DNA of 64,000 nt from contig JAWMAR010000520.1 of the NCBI GenBank assembly GCA_036785375.1, positions 186,001 to 250,000 on the forward strand, written 5' to 3'. Below the pieces are notes generated by a model. The model did no database searches and was not told the origin of the DNA. It saw only the letters and a list, made by a program, of their open reading frames with translations. The DNA comes from Leucoraja ocellata (Eukaryota). Both the position numbers and the translations under genes were made by a program. Positions 13,235-25,900 of this stretch are shown here, piece after piece (positions within the stretch are counted from its first letter, which is position 1; every line of letters starts with the position of its first letter).

Positions 13235-14495
13235 ATACATTAGGTGCAGGAGTAGGTCATTCGGCCCTTCAAGCCAGCACCGCTACTCAATGTGATCATG
13301 GCTGATCATCCACAATCCGTTCCTGCCTTCTCCCCATATCCCCTGACTTTGTTATCTTCAAGAGCCTTATCTAGCTCTCTTGAAAGTATCCAGAGAACTG
13401 GCCTCCACCGTCCTCTGAGGCAGAGAATTCCACAGACTCACAACTCTGTGTGAAAAATTGTTTCCTCATCTCCGTTCTAAATGGCTTACCCTTTATTCTT
13501 AAACTGTGGCCCCTGGTTCTGGACTCCCCCAACATCGGGAACATGTTTCCTACTTCCAGCATGTCCAAGCCCTTTTATAATATTTTATGTTTCAATAAGA
13601 TACCCTCTCATCCTTCTAAACTCCATAGTATACAAGCCCAGCAGCTCCATTCTCTCAGCATATGACAGTCCCGCCATCCCGGGAATTAATCTTGTGAACC
13701 AATGCTGCACTCCCTCAATAGCAAGAATGTCCTTCCTCAAATTTGGAGACCAAAACTGCACACAATACTCCAGGTGTGGTCTCACTAGGGCCCTGTACAG
13801 CTGCAGAAAGACCTCTTTGCTCCTATACTCAACTCCTCTTGTTATGACAGCGAACATGCCATTTGCTTTCTTCACTGCCTGCTGTACCTGCATGCTTACT
13901 TTCATTGACTGATGAACAAGGACCCCCAGATCCTGTTGTACTTTCCCTTTTCCCAACTTGACACCATTTAGATAATAATCTTCCTTCCTGTTTTTGCTTC
14001 CAAGGTGGATAAACTGACATTTATCCACATTTAACTACATCTGCCATGCATCTGCCCACTCACCCAATCTGTCCAAGTCGCCCTTCATTCTCATAGCATC
14101 CTCCTCACAGTTCACACTGCCACCCAGCTTGGTGTCGTTTGCAAATTTGCTAATGTTACTTTGAATTCCTTCATCTAAATCATTAATGTATATTGTTAAT
14201 AGCTGTGGTTCCAGCACCCAGCCTTGCGGTACCCCACTAGTCACTGCCTGCCATTCTGAAAATGACCCATTAATCCCTACTCTTTGTTTCCTGTCTGCCA
14301 ACCAATCAGTCTGAAGAAGGGTCTCGATCTGAAACGTCACCTATTCCTTTGCCTCACCCTCTGAGTTTCTCCAGCATTTTTGTCTACCTTCGATTTTTCC
14401 AGCAACTGCAGTTCTATCTTAAAAATTTACTATCCATATCACCACTCTACCCCCAATGCCATGTGCAATAATTTGGCCCCCTAATCTCCTATATG
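13235..14495 (-). mobile_element. Young CR1 LINE fragment (RT to 3' tail), with a Penelope repeat inserted at about 14305-14420
   Basis: [37 protein letters not shown]. Confidence 0.92.
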
Positions 14496-15247
14496 CCTTT
14501 CACCCCAGGCACAAGTTCTAAACTCGCAGAACATGCAAAACTTGGCTGTATTGTGAACGGTGAAAAAGACTGGTGGAGTGGTCAGGCATGTAAAAGGAAG
14601 TTTAATATAGAGAAATGCGAGGTGATGTATTTTGGTGGGAAGGACTAAGAAAGGCAATGTAGAATAAAGGGTTCTGTTATAAAAGAGGTGCAGGACTTTA
14701 GGACATGGAGACATATGCACATATCACTGTAAACGGATGGAGAAAATGATAAATCAGATTTCGATACGTGGGTTTTATCAATGAGTAAAACAACTGCAAA
14801 GTTTTGTTGAATCCATGTCGTTCAGCCAGAGTGTTGTTCTCAATTTTGGTCAACACATTATAGGAAGAATATTAAGATATTGCAGAGGGTCCTAAAAATG
14901 TTTACGAGAATAGTTCCTGGGAGATGGTATTATAAATACAGAAGAGAGAAGCCAAGGTTGTTTTCATGGAGAAGTCCGAGGGGATATTTGATAGAAGTGT
15001 ATAAAATACTGAGGGGTATGGAAAGAATGGATGCTGATCCCTTTTGTGGAGCGGTCGAGGACCTGAAGTCACAGGTGTAAAGGGGAAGAAAATGAAGAGA
15101 GACTGATGGAAAAACAATATATAACAATGTGTGTGTTTTAACCTGGAATGTACTGCCTGCATATGTCCCAGAAGTAGGTTTTACTGTGGCATCAAAGATA
15201 AATTGGTGGAGATAATATGAACAAGGCTCTGGAGAAAGAGCAGTTAG

Positions 15248-15328
15248 ATTTCGTTCAGACCGTAAGGTCTGAATGACAATAAAGGAAATTCATTCATTCA
15301 TTCAATTCATTCATTCATTCAATCATTC
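15248..15328 (+). mobile_element. Minimal Rex1/Babar-type 3' tail insertion with (attc)n
   Basis: Stem-loop ttcagacc-gtaa-ggtctgaa followed by tgacaataaag and a microsatellite. Confidence 0.6.
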
Positions 15329-15564
15329 AGATGAATCTGTTAAATTGCTCTGATTGTGAGCTGATGTGGATTTGATGTACAGAATAGCCTCCTTTCATGT
15401 TGCAACATTCTACAATTCACTTTTAAACACTTTCAAGCTTCATTTTTTAAATTTTAGTTATGTATTAAGCATTTACAGAAAAAAAATTCAATTAACAAGT
15501 AATTAATAAATTTAAATGCAGGATAAATTAAAGAGATTAGACGGACAAAATAACAGACTCTTAC

Positions 15565-15640
15565 CTCAGTCATTCACAGCCCGTCTCCTTCTGATTAAGT
15601 GAACAGGAGATTACCGCATGCAGATCCTAACGTTTGGCGA
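15565..15640 (-). other. Candidate non-coding first exon
   Basis: Consensus donor GAG|GTAAGA at 15565/15564, lying about 95 nt downstream of a TATA-like box inside a ~1 kb repeat-free island. The TSS is estimated. Confidence 0.35.
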
Positions 15641-15659
15641 AGAACTCTCTGGTGAGTTT

Positions 15660-15820
15660 GTATTATAAATGCTGGGCATTTGGCCTAAGTCTCCCCTCCC
15701 ATGCTGAATTCCATGTTGGCTCCAAGGCTGGAGAGCAGCCTGCTGGCTTGGAATGAATCACTGAAAGCAACTGCCAGACTTTTACTACTTGCTCACGTTT
15801 TTGCCTGGAAATCCCCAGGT
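15660..15820 (-). promoter_or_regulatory. Candidate inducible promoter: TATA-like box, AP-1-like site and NF-kB site
   Basis: TTTATAATA at 15661-15669 (minus), TGAATCA at 15754-15760, and a full-consensus GGGGATTTCC at 15807-15816 (minus). Confidence 0.35.
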
Positions 15821-16897
15821 TACAGTCAAGATTTGCAAAGGTGAATACAAGCCCTGACATTTTTCCCATCATTATTCTGCTAAATCCCGGGCTATTTTGT
15901 TAGCAAATGGGTGAACATTTTATATTTCACTACCCAGCACACCAAGGTAGATGCTTAGGGAAATAGTTCAAATTAAATTGCTAATTAAGACCGAACCAGG
16001 CACCTGCCCTATGTCAGTGATACTTTATATCGATCGGTGTAAAATAATGATCTGAAAAAAAATATTGATTGCAATTTTGTTCTGAAAAATACATTCCTTG
16101 AAGTGGGGAAAAAAAAATTAAAGATCTGTGCAAAAAAATATTTGTTTTTACAAATGATTCATCCAATGAAGTAAATTAAGGCAGTTCCATAATGATTTCC
16201 AGAATCAGATTGTTAATCAGCATGAAATGAAGTCCTAGGCTCTTATTGTTCTTCTACATTTGGCCTAAGTGCAATGTTGTGATATTTGGCACCTGTCACA
16301 GACATTTCCCATTTCCTGCTGAGCTTATCTGCAGGCATTAATGTATTTATATTTTTGCTACTGAATTGCATTCTGGCTGCCCTGGTGAATTCACTTGTGA
16401 GACAATGGCTCAGATTATGCATTTTGGCACATGCCAATGAGGCGACTACATTTTCACACACAGGGTAGTGGGTGTATGGAACGAGCTTCTGGCAGAGGTA
16501 GTTGGGGCAGATACTATGACAACTTTTAAGAAACATTTCGACAGGTGCACGTATAGGACAGGTTTAGAAGGATATGGGCCAAACGCAGACAGGGGGGACT
16601 AGAGTAAATGGGACATGTTGCCAAATGTGGGTAAATTGGACCGAAGGGCCTGTTTCCAATTTGTAAAACACTGACTTGAAGCTGCTGTTCATGGCTCAAC
16701 ACTGGACAGCTGCATTGTCAATGGAGTTCACCGTGGCAATGGAAATGTTGGCTAAATGTGCACACTTCATACTCACTGATGTACTTGGAAATGAGTGTGA
16801 TGAGATGCCACCTGTATTAGAGTAAAAGAGTTATGCAAACTTACAAAGTAGAAAAACACTTGGTTTCAATTGTCCTCAACATTTTACCAATCCATTG

Positions 16898-17700
16898 TAG
16901 AAGTGGGAGTGGCGGCGCCTAACGGCAGCAGCTCGACTACAGTCGTCTGTCTTTTTTATTTTTTGTCTTGTTAAATGTATGTCTTGAGTTAGTTTTTATT
17001 TTTTTTTTTGCTGTGTATATGTGGGGGTGGTGGGGGAAACCGTTTGAATCTCTTCCCTGTGCGGGGACCCGACTATTCCCTGTCGGGTCTCGGATATTGT
17101 TGGGCCTAACATCGTGGAGCCGGCGGCGACCTCTGGCCGAGACTAACCCGAGGGCTCCAGTTGCAGAGCCTGCGGAACTGACATCGCGGAGCTGGCCAAC
17201 TTCGGAGCGGGAAGAGCAGTGGTGACGTGCGGCTGCGACCCGACTTTGGAGTTCGGAGGCACCGGCCGCAGACCCGCTGGACGGGAACATCGGGAGCTCG
17301 CAGGTCCCTGGTGGGAGACCGTTTTTCCGAGCTCCGCAACGGCAACTTCTCCTGCTGGAATCGCGGGTTTAAGGACATGGAGCCAGGGCCTAACATCACC
17401 CGGCGTGGCTTAAACGGCCTCAGGACTTACCATCGCCCGCCGGGGGCTTTAACATCGGAGCCCCAGTTCGCCTCGACACTGCAGTTGGACTGCTGAACCG
17501 CGGGAGAAGGAACAAAGGGAAGAGATAAAGACTTTGCCTTCCATCACAGTGAGGAGATGTTGGAGACTCACTGTGATGGATGTTTATGTAAACTGTGTTA
17601 AGGGTCTTGGATTGTGTTTGTAATGTAAAAAACTGTAGAAATGGAATTTTGTTCAAACCCATGTTTGAATGACAATAAATAGCATTCTATTCTATTCTAT
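16898..17700 (+). mobile_element. GC-rich non-autonomous retroposon with Rex1/Babar-type tail
   Basis: CpG-rich body, hairpin tccatcacagtgag...ctcactgtgatgga, ending tgaatgacaataaa and (ttcta)n. Confidence 0.65.
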
Positions 17701-18139
17701 ATTTTCGAGTCGTAGTGTCATACAGCATGGAAACGGGCTTCGGCTCAATTTATGCACACCAGCCAACATGTCCCATCTACATTACTCCCAACCGCGAGAT
17801 CCAATATCTGTGCAGAAACCTTCATGGATCTTTGGACCTGTGCATCAAGCCTCTTTTGTTCCTCATTACAACCTGGGGTTCTACAATTCATTATGTATAT
17901 CATAACCTTCCCAAATGCATCACGTTGCAAGTTTCAGGTTTAAATTCCATCTGCTATTTCTCTGCCCATTTTACCAACTAATCAATTTTGTAGTCTAGCC
18001 ACACACTACTGTCTTCCCTTTCAACCCCATCGTCAATCATTGCTTCAACTGTGAACTTGCTGGACATAAGCTCCACCTGTGTTTGGCCTGCACCCTTCTA
18101 AACCTTTCCTATCCATGTACCTGACCAAATATCTTTCAT

Positions 18140-18430
18140 TTAGTTTAGAGATACAACATGGAAACAGGCCCTTTGGCCCATCGAGTCCACATCATTGATC
18201 ACCCTTTCATACTATTTCTATATTATCCCACTTTCGCATCCATTCCCTACACACCAGGTGCAATTTACAGAGGCCAATTAACCTACAACCTGCATGCCTT
18301 TGGGATGTGGGAGGAAGCGGATCACCTGAAGGAAATTCACGCAGTCACATGGAGAATGTGCAAACTCCACACGGACAGTACCCCAGGGTCAGGATTGAAC
18401 TTTGGTCTCTGTTGCTGTGAGGCAGCAGCT
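18140..18430 (-). mobile_element. V-SINE
   Basis: Reverse complement of the SINE core and CR1 tail. Confidence 0.75.
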
Positions 18431-19821
18431 GTTTGCCCCCACACTTGTAATTAGTCTTGAGTTGGGGCAAAACCTAATCTGTGCATCTGTCAGTTCTCTA
18501 TATCCCAGTCACTAGGACCAGTCACTTTTGCTTCTTTGAATGCCTCTAATGTTTCCTTTAAATTTGCATTATTTTATATTTTGGACAATGTTGGTGGGGG
18601 TGGGAAGTGTATGGAAAAATGAGAGCTCTTGTCTTTTAGATATGTAAATTGGTGTTAAATCATCAATTTCCGTTTGCAACATTCCCCATTCTTCCTGCAT
18701 TATTTTGACCATCATTGGATTTGCCCGGTTTAACATGAACCTGTCTCAACGTGTGTGTCAGTCTAAAATAAAACTAGTAATTTGGAGGCTGTTTTATGGG
18801 TCCCTGTTTCTAATATGGTAATATACTTTTATACATACAATTATATAACGTTCTTGCTTGATTTAGCTGTTAACTAAATCTGGCTCATTACTTATTGTTT
18901 AATCTAATATAGCCTACTCCTTGTGTTCAGAGACACTGGCGACCTTTTGTTGACTTAATTTAAACTGACATGGAAACAAACGGATGCTGTGGTGAAGGAA
19001 GCCGATAGATGTGTTTGTAGTGTTTGTAGTCATGAAGTACTGCAGGTTGGTGTGTGACACCACGTGTCAGAGGTAATGGGGAGAAGGCAGGAGAATGAGG
19101 TTCAGAGGGAAAGATGGGCAGCCATGATTGAATGGCGGAGTAGACGTGATGAGCCAAATGGTCTAATTCTGCTCCAAGAACATGAACCATGTGTGTGTAA
19201 CTTTGGGACATTCTGTAATTTAAACAGTTAGGTACTCACGAAAGACACTAAATGTTGGAATAACTCAGTGGGTCAGGCAGCATCGCTGGAGTAAATGGAT
19301 AGGTGATGTTTCGGGTCGGAACCCTTCTTCAGTCTTATCTCCAGAGATGCTGCCTGACCCATTGAGTTACTCCAGCATTTTGTGTCAATCTTTGGTATAA
19401 ACCAGCATCTGCAGTTCCTTCCTACACAGCAGCGTACTCACAACTATTGTCATTCGCCAGAGAGATCTGGCCCATAGAAAATATCAAAGAGATTCATATT
19501 CTAGTAGAGCTTATTTAAAATAGGCCACATATGCATCACAAAACAATGTAGGAGTGTATCTCTGTTAGCAACCCCTCCTGAGACATAGGCCTGCTGTTTT
19601 CAACAGAGCATAACAAGTATAACCATTAGAGAGAACACAACAGCCACTGAAGGCATCTCTTGAGGACCAGCTGCACAGTAAATATGTGAGCAGCAGGATC
19701 TACTTCTTGCTTTATACACCAGGGGGCCTTTGCAAGTGCATATTTTATATTTACAGCACTGTAAGCGACAAATACTGGACAATTTTACGTTACATCATAT
19801 CGTACAATCGTCTATTCCCCC

Positions 19822-20292
19822 ACCACCATTTCAGCACTAGCCCTTGCATTTTCTTCAGCTGAATATTGTGCCCCTGTTTGGTCCAGGTCATCCCACACAC
19901 ACCATGTGGACACCCAATTGAACTCAACAATGAGGATCATCACAGGAACTATCCGCTCAACACCACTCCCCTGGCTCCCTGTCCTATCCAACATAGCCCC
20001 TCCACACATCTGGCGAGTAGTCCTCACTCAAAGGATGCTCCCAAAGACCAAAAACTCCCCTCACCTGCCAATTCACATGGACATCTTCAACCCACCCACT
20101 GCCCGACTTCCATCTAGATGACAAATTTGGAAGAACCCACCACCAGCTGATTTCACCATCCAATCAGCTTGGAAAAAGGAATGGGAGTCCAAGGACGTCC
20201 CAAATAAACATCTGGCGTCAGACCCCACCCTACCGGTCCCTGGCACCAATCTCCCAAGGAAGCAGTGGACGGCGCTGAATAGATTCAGGACT
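19822..20292 (+). mobile_element. Vingi-like (Ingi/I group) LINE fragment, post-RT region
   Basis: One frame with a single stop: ALALAFSSAEYCAPVWSRSSHTHHVDTQLNSTMRIITGTIRSTPLPWLPVLSNIAPP...PGTNLPRKQWTALNRFRT. Confidence 0.75.
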
Positions 20293-20692
20293 GAAATTTA
20301 GGATGAGAGGGAATCTGATAAAAACAATTCTTAAAGGATTGGACAGGCTAGAGGCAGGAAAAATGTTACCTGATGTTGGGGGGAGTCTAGAACCAGCAGT
20401 CACAGTTAAAGAATAAAGGGTAGGCCATTTAGGACTGAGATGAGGAAACAATTCTTCACCTAGAGAGTTGTGAATCGGTGGAGTTCTCTGCCATAGAAGG
20501 CAGTGGAGGCCATTTCACTGGATGTTTTCAGGAGAGAGTTCGCTCTTGGGGCTAAAGGAATCAAGGGATATTGGGGGAAAAAGCCGGAACGGGGTACTGA
20601 TTTTGATGATCAGCCATGATCATATTGAATGGTTCTGTTGGCTTGAAGGGCTGAATGGCCTACTCCTGCACCTACATTTCTATGTTTCTATG
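20293..20692 (+). mobile_element. CR1 3' fragment
   Basis: GLDRLEAGKML...ESRT coding remnant and tail ending tttctatgtttctatg. Confidence 0.85.
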
Positions 20693-21030
20693 AGACACAC
20701 ACCACCCTGGTCATGCTCTCATTTCATTCTTGCCATCAGGAGAAAGGTTCAGGGGCCTGGAATCTGTAATGCCCAGGTTCAGGAGAAGCTTCTCCCTACA
20801 GCCATCAGGCTATTAAACACTACAACCTCTAAATAAGCTCTGAAATACATAGACTTGGGGGCATATTTTTTGCCTTTGCAATATTTATGTTTGCATGTAC
20901 TGAATGTTTTGTTGTTTATTATGGTTTTTACAGAATATTATGTTTGCATGTCTGTTGTGCTGTTGCAAGTAAGAATTTATATGTTCCGTTCTGGGGCATA
21001 CAACAATAAAACACTTTTGACTTGTTTTAA
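20693..21030 (+). mobile_element. Rex1/Babar 3' fragment
   Basis: HHPGHALISF...SFxPTAIRLLN C-terminal remnant and caataaa tail. Confidence 0.7.
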
Positions 21031-21119
21031 CAATAAAGGTATTCAATTCAATAACGCATCAAATCACCTCACAAGTATGGAACGAGCTTCCAGAAAGCAG
21101 GTCATAAACAACATTAATC

Positions 21120-21410
21120 GGCACAGTGACGCAGCGGCACAGTTGCTTCCTTACAGCGCCAGAGATCTGGGTTTGATCCTAACAACGGGTGCTGTCTGTA
21201 TTGAGTTTGTACGATCTCCCTGTGACGTAGGTTTTCTCCCACATTCCAAAGACATACAGGTTTGTAGGTTTGTAGGTTAGTTGGCTGCAGTAAAATTGTA
21301 AATTGTCCCTAGTGTGTAGGATAACGCTAATGCGTAGGGATTGCTAGTAAGTTTGGACTCGATGGGTCAAAGGGCCCGTTTTCACACTGTATCCCTAAAA
21401 TAAAATCTAA
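21120..21410 (+). mobile_element. HE1-like V-SINE
   Basis: tRNA-like head, core and tail. Confidence 0.8.
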
Positions 21411-22262
21411 TTTGAAAGACATCTGGACAGGTACATGGATATGACAGGTACATAGAGGAATATAGACAAACACAGGCAAAATGGATTAGCGTTGATGGGA
21501 TATTCTGGTCAACATGGATGAGTTGGACCGAGGGGCCTGTTTCTGTGCTGTATGGCACTCTGACTATGAGTCTATTGGTGGAAAATGATGGAGTAGACTT
21601 GATGGGTCGAATTGCCTAATTCAGATCCCATAATTTATGAAAATCATCAACCCAACCTAAGATCTTCAGAACTTCCTTGTGTTCTCTGACTTCTGACTGT
21701 TCCTTGGTGTCAGCCTCACTATCTAATTCTCCTATTAACTGTATTATTTTCATTTATTACATTACTGCATGAATGACCTTTCAAGTGATAAGTCCTTGCC
21801 AATTATTTTTAGAGTATAGGTTGTCGTAAACATTGCAAAGATTCACGCATCAGTTGGTACTATGTTGAGTATAAATGCACTGGGACATTTATACATGAAT
21901 TATTTAAAATGTGTTTAAAATAAATAAGATTCATGCAAATATTTTATTGCATTCAAGTGCTAATTACAGTTTGTTTTGGAATTAATAATTACTGTGGAGT
22001 TAACATAATTTGTTTGACCTTGAATGTGAAAATGTGGGTAAACCAGGGAAGCATTCACTAACTTGAGGAAGCTGCCAACATCTTTAATGATGTCTATGTG
22101 ACACATAAATGATAGGCAAGATACAGGCCCATTTCCGTTATTTTGGCAACTGATGTTCTGGCACGTCTTTTAATCCGGACAAATTCTCCCCATCTCCTCC
22201 CCCACCAAAGACCCCACAAAAGTGTACCACCTAGGCCAGGGGAGGCGACTGAATGCAGCCTC

Positions 22263-23010
22263 ATAGAAACATAGAAAATAGGTGCAGGAGTAGGCCATTC
22301 GGCCCTTCGAGCCTGCACCGCCATTCAATATGATCATGGCTGATCATCCAACTCGGTATCCTGTACCTGCTTTCTCTCCATACCCCCTGATCCCTTTAGC
22401 CACAAGGGCCACATCTAACTCCCTCTTAAATATAGCCAATGAACTGGCCTCAACTACCTTCTGTGGCAGAGAGTTCCATAGATTCACCACTCTCTGTGTG
22501 AAAAATGTTTTTCTCATCTCGGTCCTAAAAGATTTCCTCATTATCCTTAAACTGTGACCCCTTGTTCTGGACTTCCCCAACATCGGGACCAATCTTCCTG
22601 CATCTAGCCTGTCCAACCCCTTAAGAATTTTGTAAGTTTCTATAAGATCCCCCCTCAATCTTCTAAATTCTAGCGAGTACAAGCCGAGTCTATCCAGTCT
22701 TTCTTCATATGAAAGTCCTGACATCCCAGGAATCAGTCTGGTGAACCTTCTCTGCACTCCCTCTATGGCAAGAATGTATTTTCTCAGATTAGGAGACCAA
22801 AACGATACGCAATACTCCAGGTGTGGTCTCACCAAGACCCTGTACAACTGCAGCAGAACCTCCCTGCTCCTGTACTCAAATCCTTTTGCTATGAATGCTA
22901 ACATACCATTCGCTTTCTTCACTGCCTGCTGCACCTGCATGCCTACTTTCAATGACTGGTGTACCATGACACCCAGGTCTCGTTGCATCTCCCCTTTTCC
23001 TAATCGGCCA
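22263..23010 (-). mobile_element. Young CR1 3' fragment with an uninterrupted 214-aa ORF2 C-terminus
   Basis: ORF 22344-22988: [14 protein letters not shown]...LVRPHLEYC...SRTRGHSL...FFTQRVVNLWNSLP; (catagaaa)n tail. Confidence 0.93.
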
Positions 23011-23264
23011 CCGGGCCATCATCGGGACTTATGCGTTGGATTTGCCGTCTGTGGCTGAGGCTCTGGAACTCCAGCCTGGCCAGATCCAACAGATCCACTC
23101 CCATAGCCGACTTCCAAAGCTGACTTTGGGGGCCTGAATCTCAGCCCCTCCCCCTCAGGCAGTGACCTCCATTGGTCCATCAAAACAAATAATACGGCAA
23201 GGCTCTGGAACCAAGGGTGCCAGAAAATTGGCAGTGGACCTGTATATCTATAATGCCATTAAAA

Positions 23265-23780
23265 TATAGCTCTATAGGACTTTGGTTAGGCTGCATTTGG
23301 AGTATTCCGTGCAGTTCTGGTCGGTGAAAGATGTGGAGGCCTTGGAGAGGAGGTTTACCAGAATGGTGCCTGGGTTAGAGGGTTTTAGCTATTGGGAGTG
23401 GTTGGATAGACTTGATTTGTTTTCTCTGGAATGTCTGGAGATGATAGAAGTATGTAAAACTATGAGAGGCATAGAAAGGGAAGACAGTCACAACCTTTTC
23501 CCCCAGGGTGTAAATATCCAACACTACTGGGCATTGCTATAAGGTGAAAGGGGGAAAGTTTAATGGAGATTAAGCTGTCGGGAAAGTTTTATTACAGAGT
23601 GGTGAGGGCCTGGAACACATTGCCAGGGTTGGTGGTGGAGGCAGATACAAAAGTGGCGTTCAAGAGACTTTTAAATAGACACAGAGAAGTGCAAGGAATA
23701 GAGTAATATGGATCATGTACAGGCAGATGTGATCAGTTCAACTAGGCATCATGTTCAACGCAAACATTGTGGGCAGAAGG
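23265..23780 (+). mobile_element. Older CR1 3' fragment
   Basis: LVRLHLEYSVQFWS...RRFTRMVPGL. Confidence 0.8.
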
Positions 23781-24526
23781 GGAGATATTGTGGGAGATTC
23801 AAAGATATATCTTTAAATTTCACTTATGGTTGTTTTTCTCCATTAAGGTTTGGAAAGAGTTCAATTGAGACTAATCTAGGAAAACTGGCCTGGAGTTTCC
23901 AGCCATTGCACTGAGGTGCTTCAAAGTCGTTTGCCCAAGTCTGAATAAACACATTAGAAACTCAAGTAAGCGTCGCATTAGAATTGGGGATTGTGCTATT
24001 CGAGTGGCTTTTCTCAATATACACATGTGCTTAACTATAATTGAAAGACAGATAACTTGGTGCACATTGTAAAATAAAAGATTTCTACAGATACACGAGA
24101 ACCAACATGCCTCAGCCACAGTTTGTTTCTTGCATAATTTAATAGCAATGCCAAGTCTACTAACTCTACTTTTAGATAAGTGGAAATACTTAGACTTTCC
24201 TGTCTAAAACACATCCAGGATATGGTTATTCATTGGAATAGTTTTAAACAAATGTGTGGGAGGTTGAAGGAAGTGAAGGAGACTTTTATATTTATTTCTT
24301 GGGCCACGTAGTTGCAGATGTAGGAGGAAAGGAGCACAATGACAAGCTATGGTTCCCAATGTTAGCAAGCTAGTCATTGCTGTCATTGTGGTAAATGATA
24401 GTTTTGGATATATAAAATAAGATACATCTCAATGATTATTCAATCACAATGGAGTTATGAATAGCTTTGTTATTTAGTACCAGGAATATAACAACTATAT
24501 TTTGTAATACATTTATTTTTACTTTG

Positions 24527-25320
24527 TCAAGACAACAATCTCTCCCTCAATGTCATCAAGATGAAGGAGTTAGTTACAGACTTCAGGAAGTGAGGTTGAA
24601 GACATGCCCCAATCAGTGTCAATGGTGCCAACATGGCAGTGGTTGAAAGCTTCAAGGTCCTCGGCACAAATATCACCACCAATTTGTCCTGGACCACTAC
24701 ATTAATACTACGGCCAAAAGCCGACACCTCTACTTGCACAGTAGATGAGGAACGTTTGACATATCTCCAACGACTCTTGCCATCTTCTACAGAGGCACCA
24801 TTGTGAGCATCAGGTTTGGGAACAACACCCAAGACTACAGGAAATTACAGAGTTGTTGATGTACCCCCTGTCCCATCACACAGAACAGATCCCCACCATT
24901 GACTCCATCTACACTTCTCACTGTCTCCAGAAAGCAGTCAACATAATCCAGGGCTTTAATTCACCCCTGTCCACCCCTCTTCTTCCCTCTCCTGTTGGGC
25001 AGAAGATACAAAGGCTGACAGCACTTACCACCAGACTCTGGAACAGTTTATTCCCCTCTGATATCAGACTACTGGGTGGTCCTTTGTTGTTGTTCCAATC
25101 TTCCAATCGGCCTCATTGTTGCTGGGACATTTTCTCTATGTTATTTTATAAATGCTCTAGTGCTATATTCTGCAATCTGGTATTCTTCTCTTTGCTGGAC
25201 CTATTGTACTTCTGTATGGGTTGTTTTTGGCCATGTATGCTATGATTTGATTTGACTGGTTAGCACATGAACAAAAGCTTTCACTGTATCTTGGTACTTG
25301 TGACAATAATATTCCAATAC
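24527..25320 (+). mobile_element. Degenerate Rex1/Babar 3' part
   Basis: NLSLNVIKMKELVTDFRK, VESFKVLG remnants; tgacaataat tail. Confidence 0.75.
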
Positions 25321-25763
25321 CACGACTAACTTTTCTTCTATACTCATTGGGCTTAGGGTTCAGAAGCCTGGATGTGCACACTTTTATCTTCATTGTAATT
25401 TAACGTGTGTTTGATGGAGCAGGAACTGATTTTGAACATAAATTCAGTCAACTGTAAATGTAAGCTATTGTTTTGGTCTTCAGGGTACTGTTCATAATGC
25501 TGAAACACTTTCATGAGACACATTCTAAATGGAGCAGAGTCACTTGTGGAAACTGGCAGGGCTCAGACTTCATGCTCAAAGTTTTTGGTTATCAGGTGGA
25601 AGAGCTAGCAATGATACTGTGCACAAATCTGCAGAAAACAAAAACATGTACACACACACAGGGAATTAGCAAAATTAAAAGCATAAATAATGTATTGGAT
25701 GTTCTAGACAGATTAGGAGCTTTGGCCCATGCATGTTAAATGTGGTTGCAAAGACACATAACT

Positions 25764-25847
25764 ATTCGGATCTGGGAAGGTGTAAATTCGTGCACGATGT
25801 TGGGACTCCAACATTGTGCACAAATTTACAACTTCCCAGATCCGAAT
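25764..25847. repeat. 84-bp near-perfect hairpin
   Basis: 40-bp arms with 3 mismatches around a 4-nt loop (gact). Confidence 0.9.
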
Positions 25848-25900
25848 GTTGGTGATCCAACATTGATACCAACAATAATAGAGGCAAAAAGCTGGAGTAA

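Larger units (their letters stand above)
8730..15410 (+). mobile_element. Old, heavily degenerate long CR1 LINE (endonuclease to 3' end) interrupted by a SINE, Penelope repeats, an L2 and a younger CR1
   Basis: APE motifs DVVAITETWL and GGGLAVL at about 8790-8890. Later ORF2 remnants resume between the insertions, e.g. MQRVLKMFTRIVPG...YLIEVYKILRG at 14880-15080. Confidence 0.65.

Noticed and set aside
22344-22988. 214-aa ORF, and similar ORFs at 13585, 47227, 50214 and 60155, as host genes
   Set aside because: All are LINE or LTR polyprotein fragments with diagnostic motifs and element tails.
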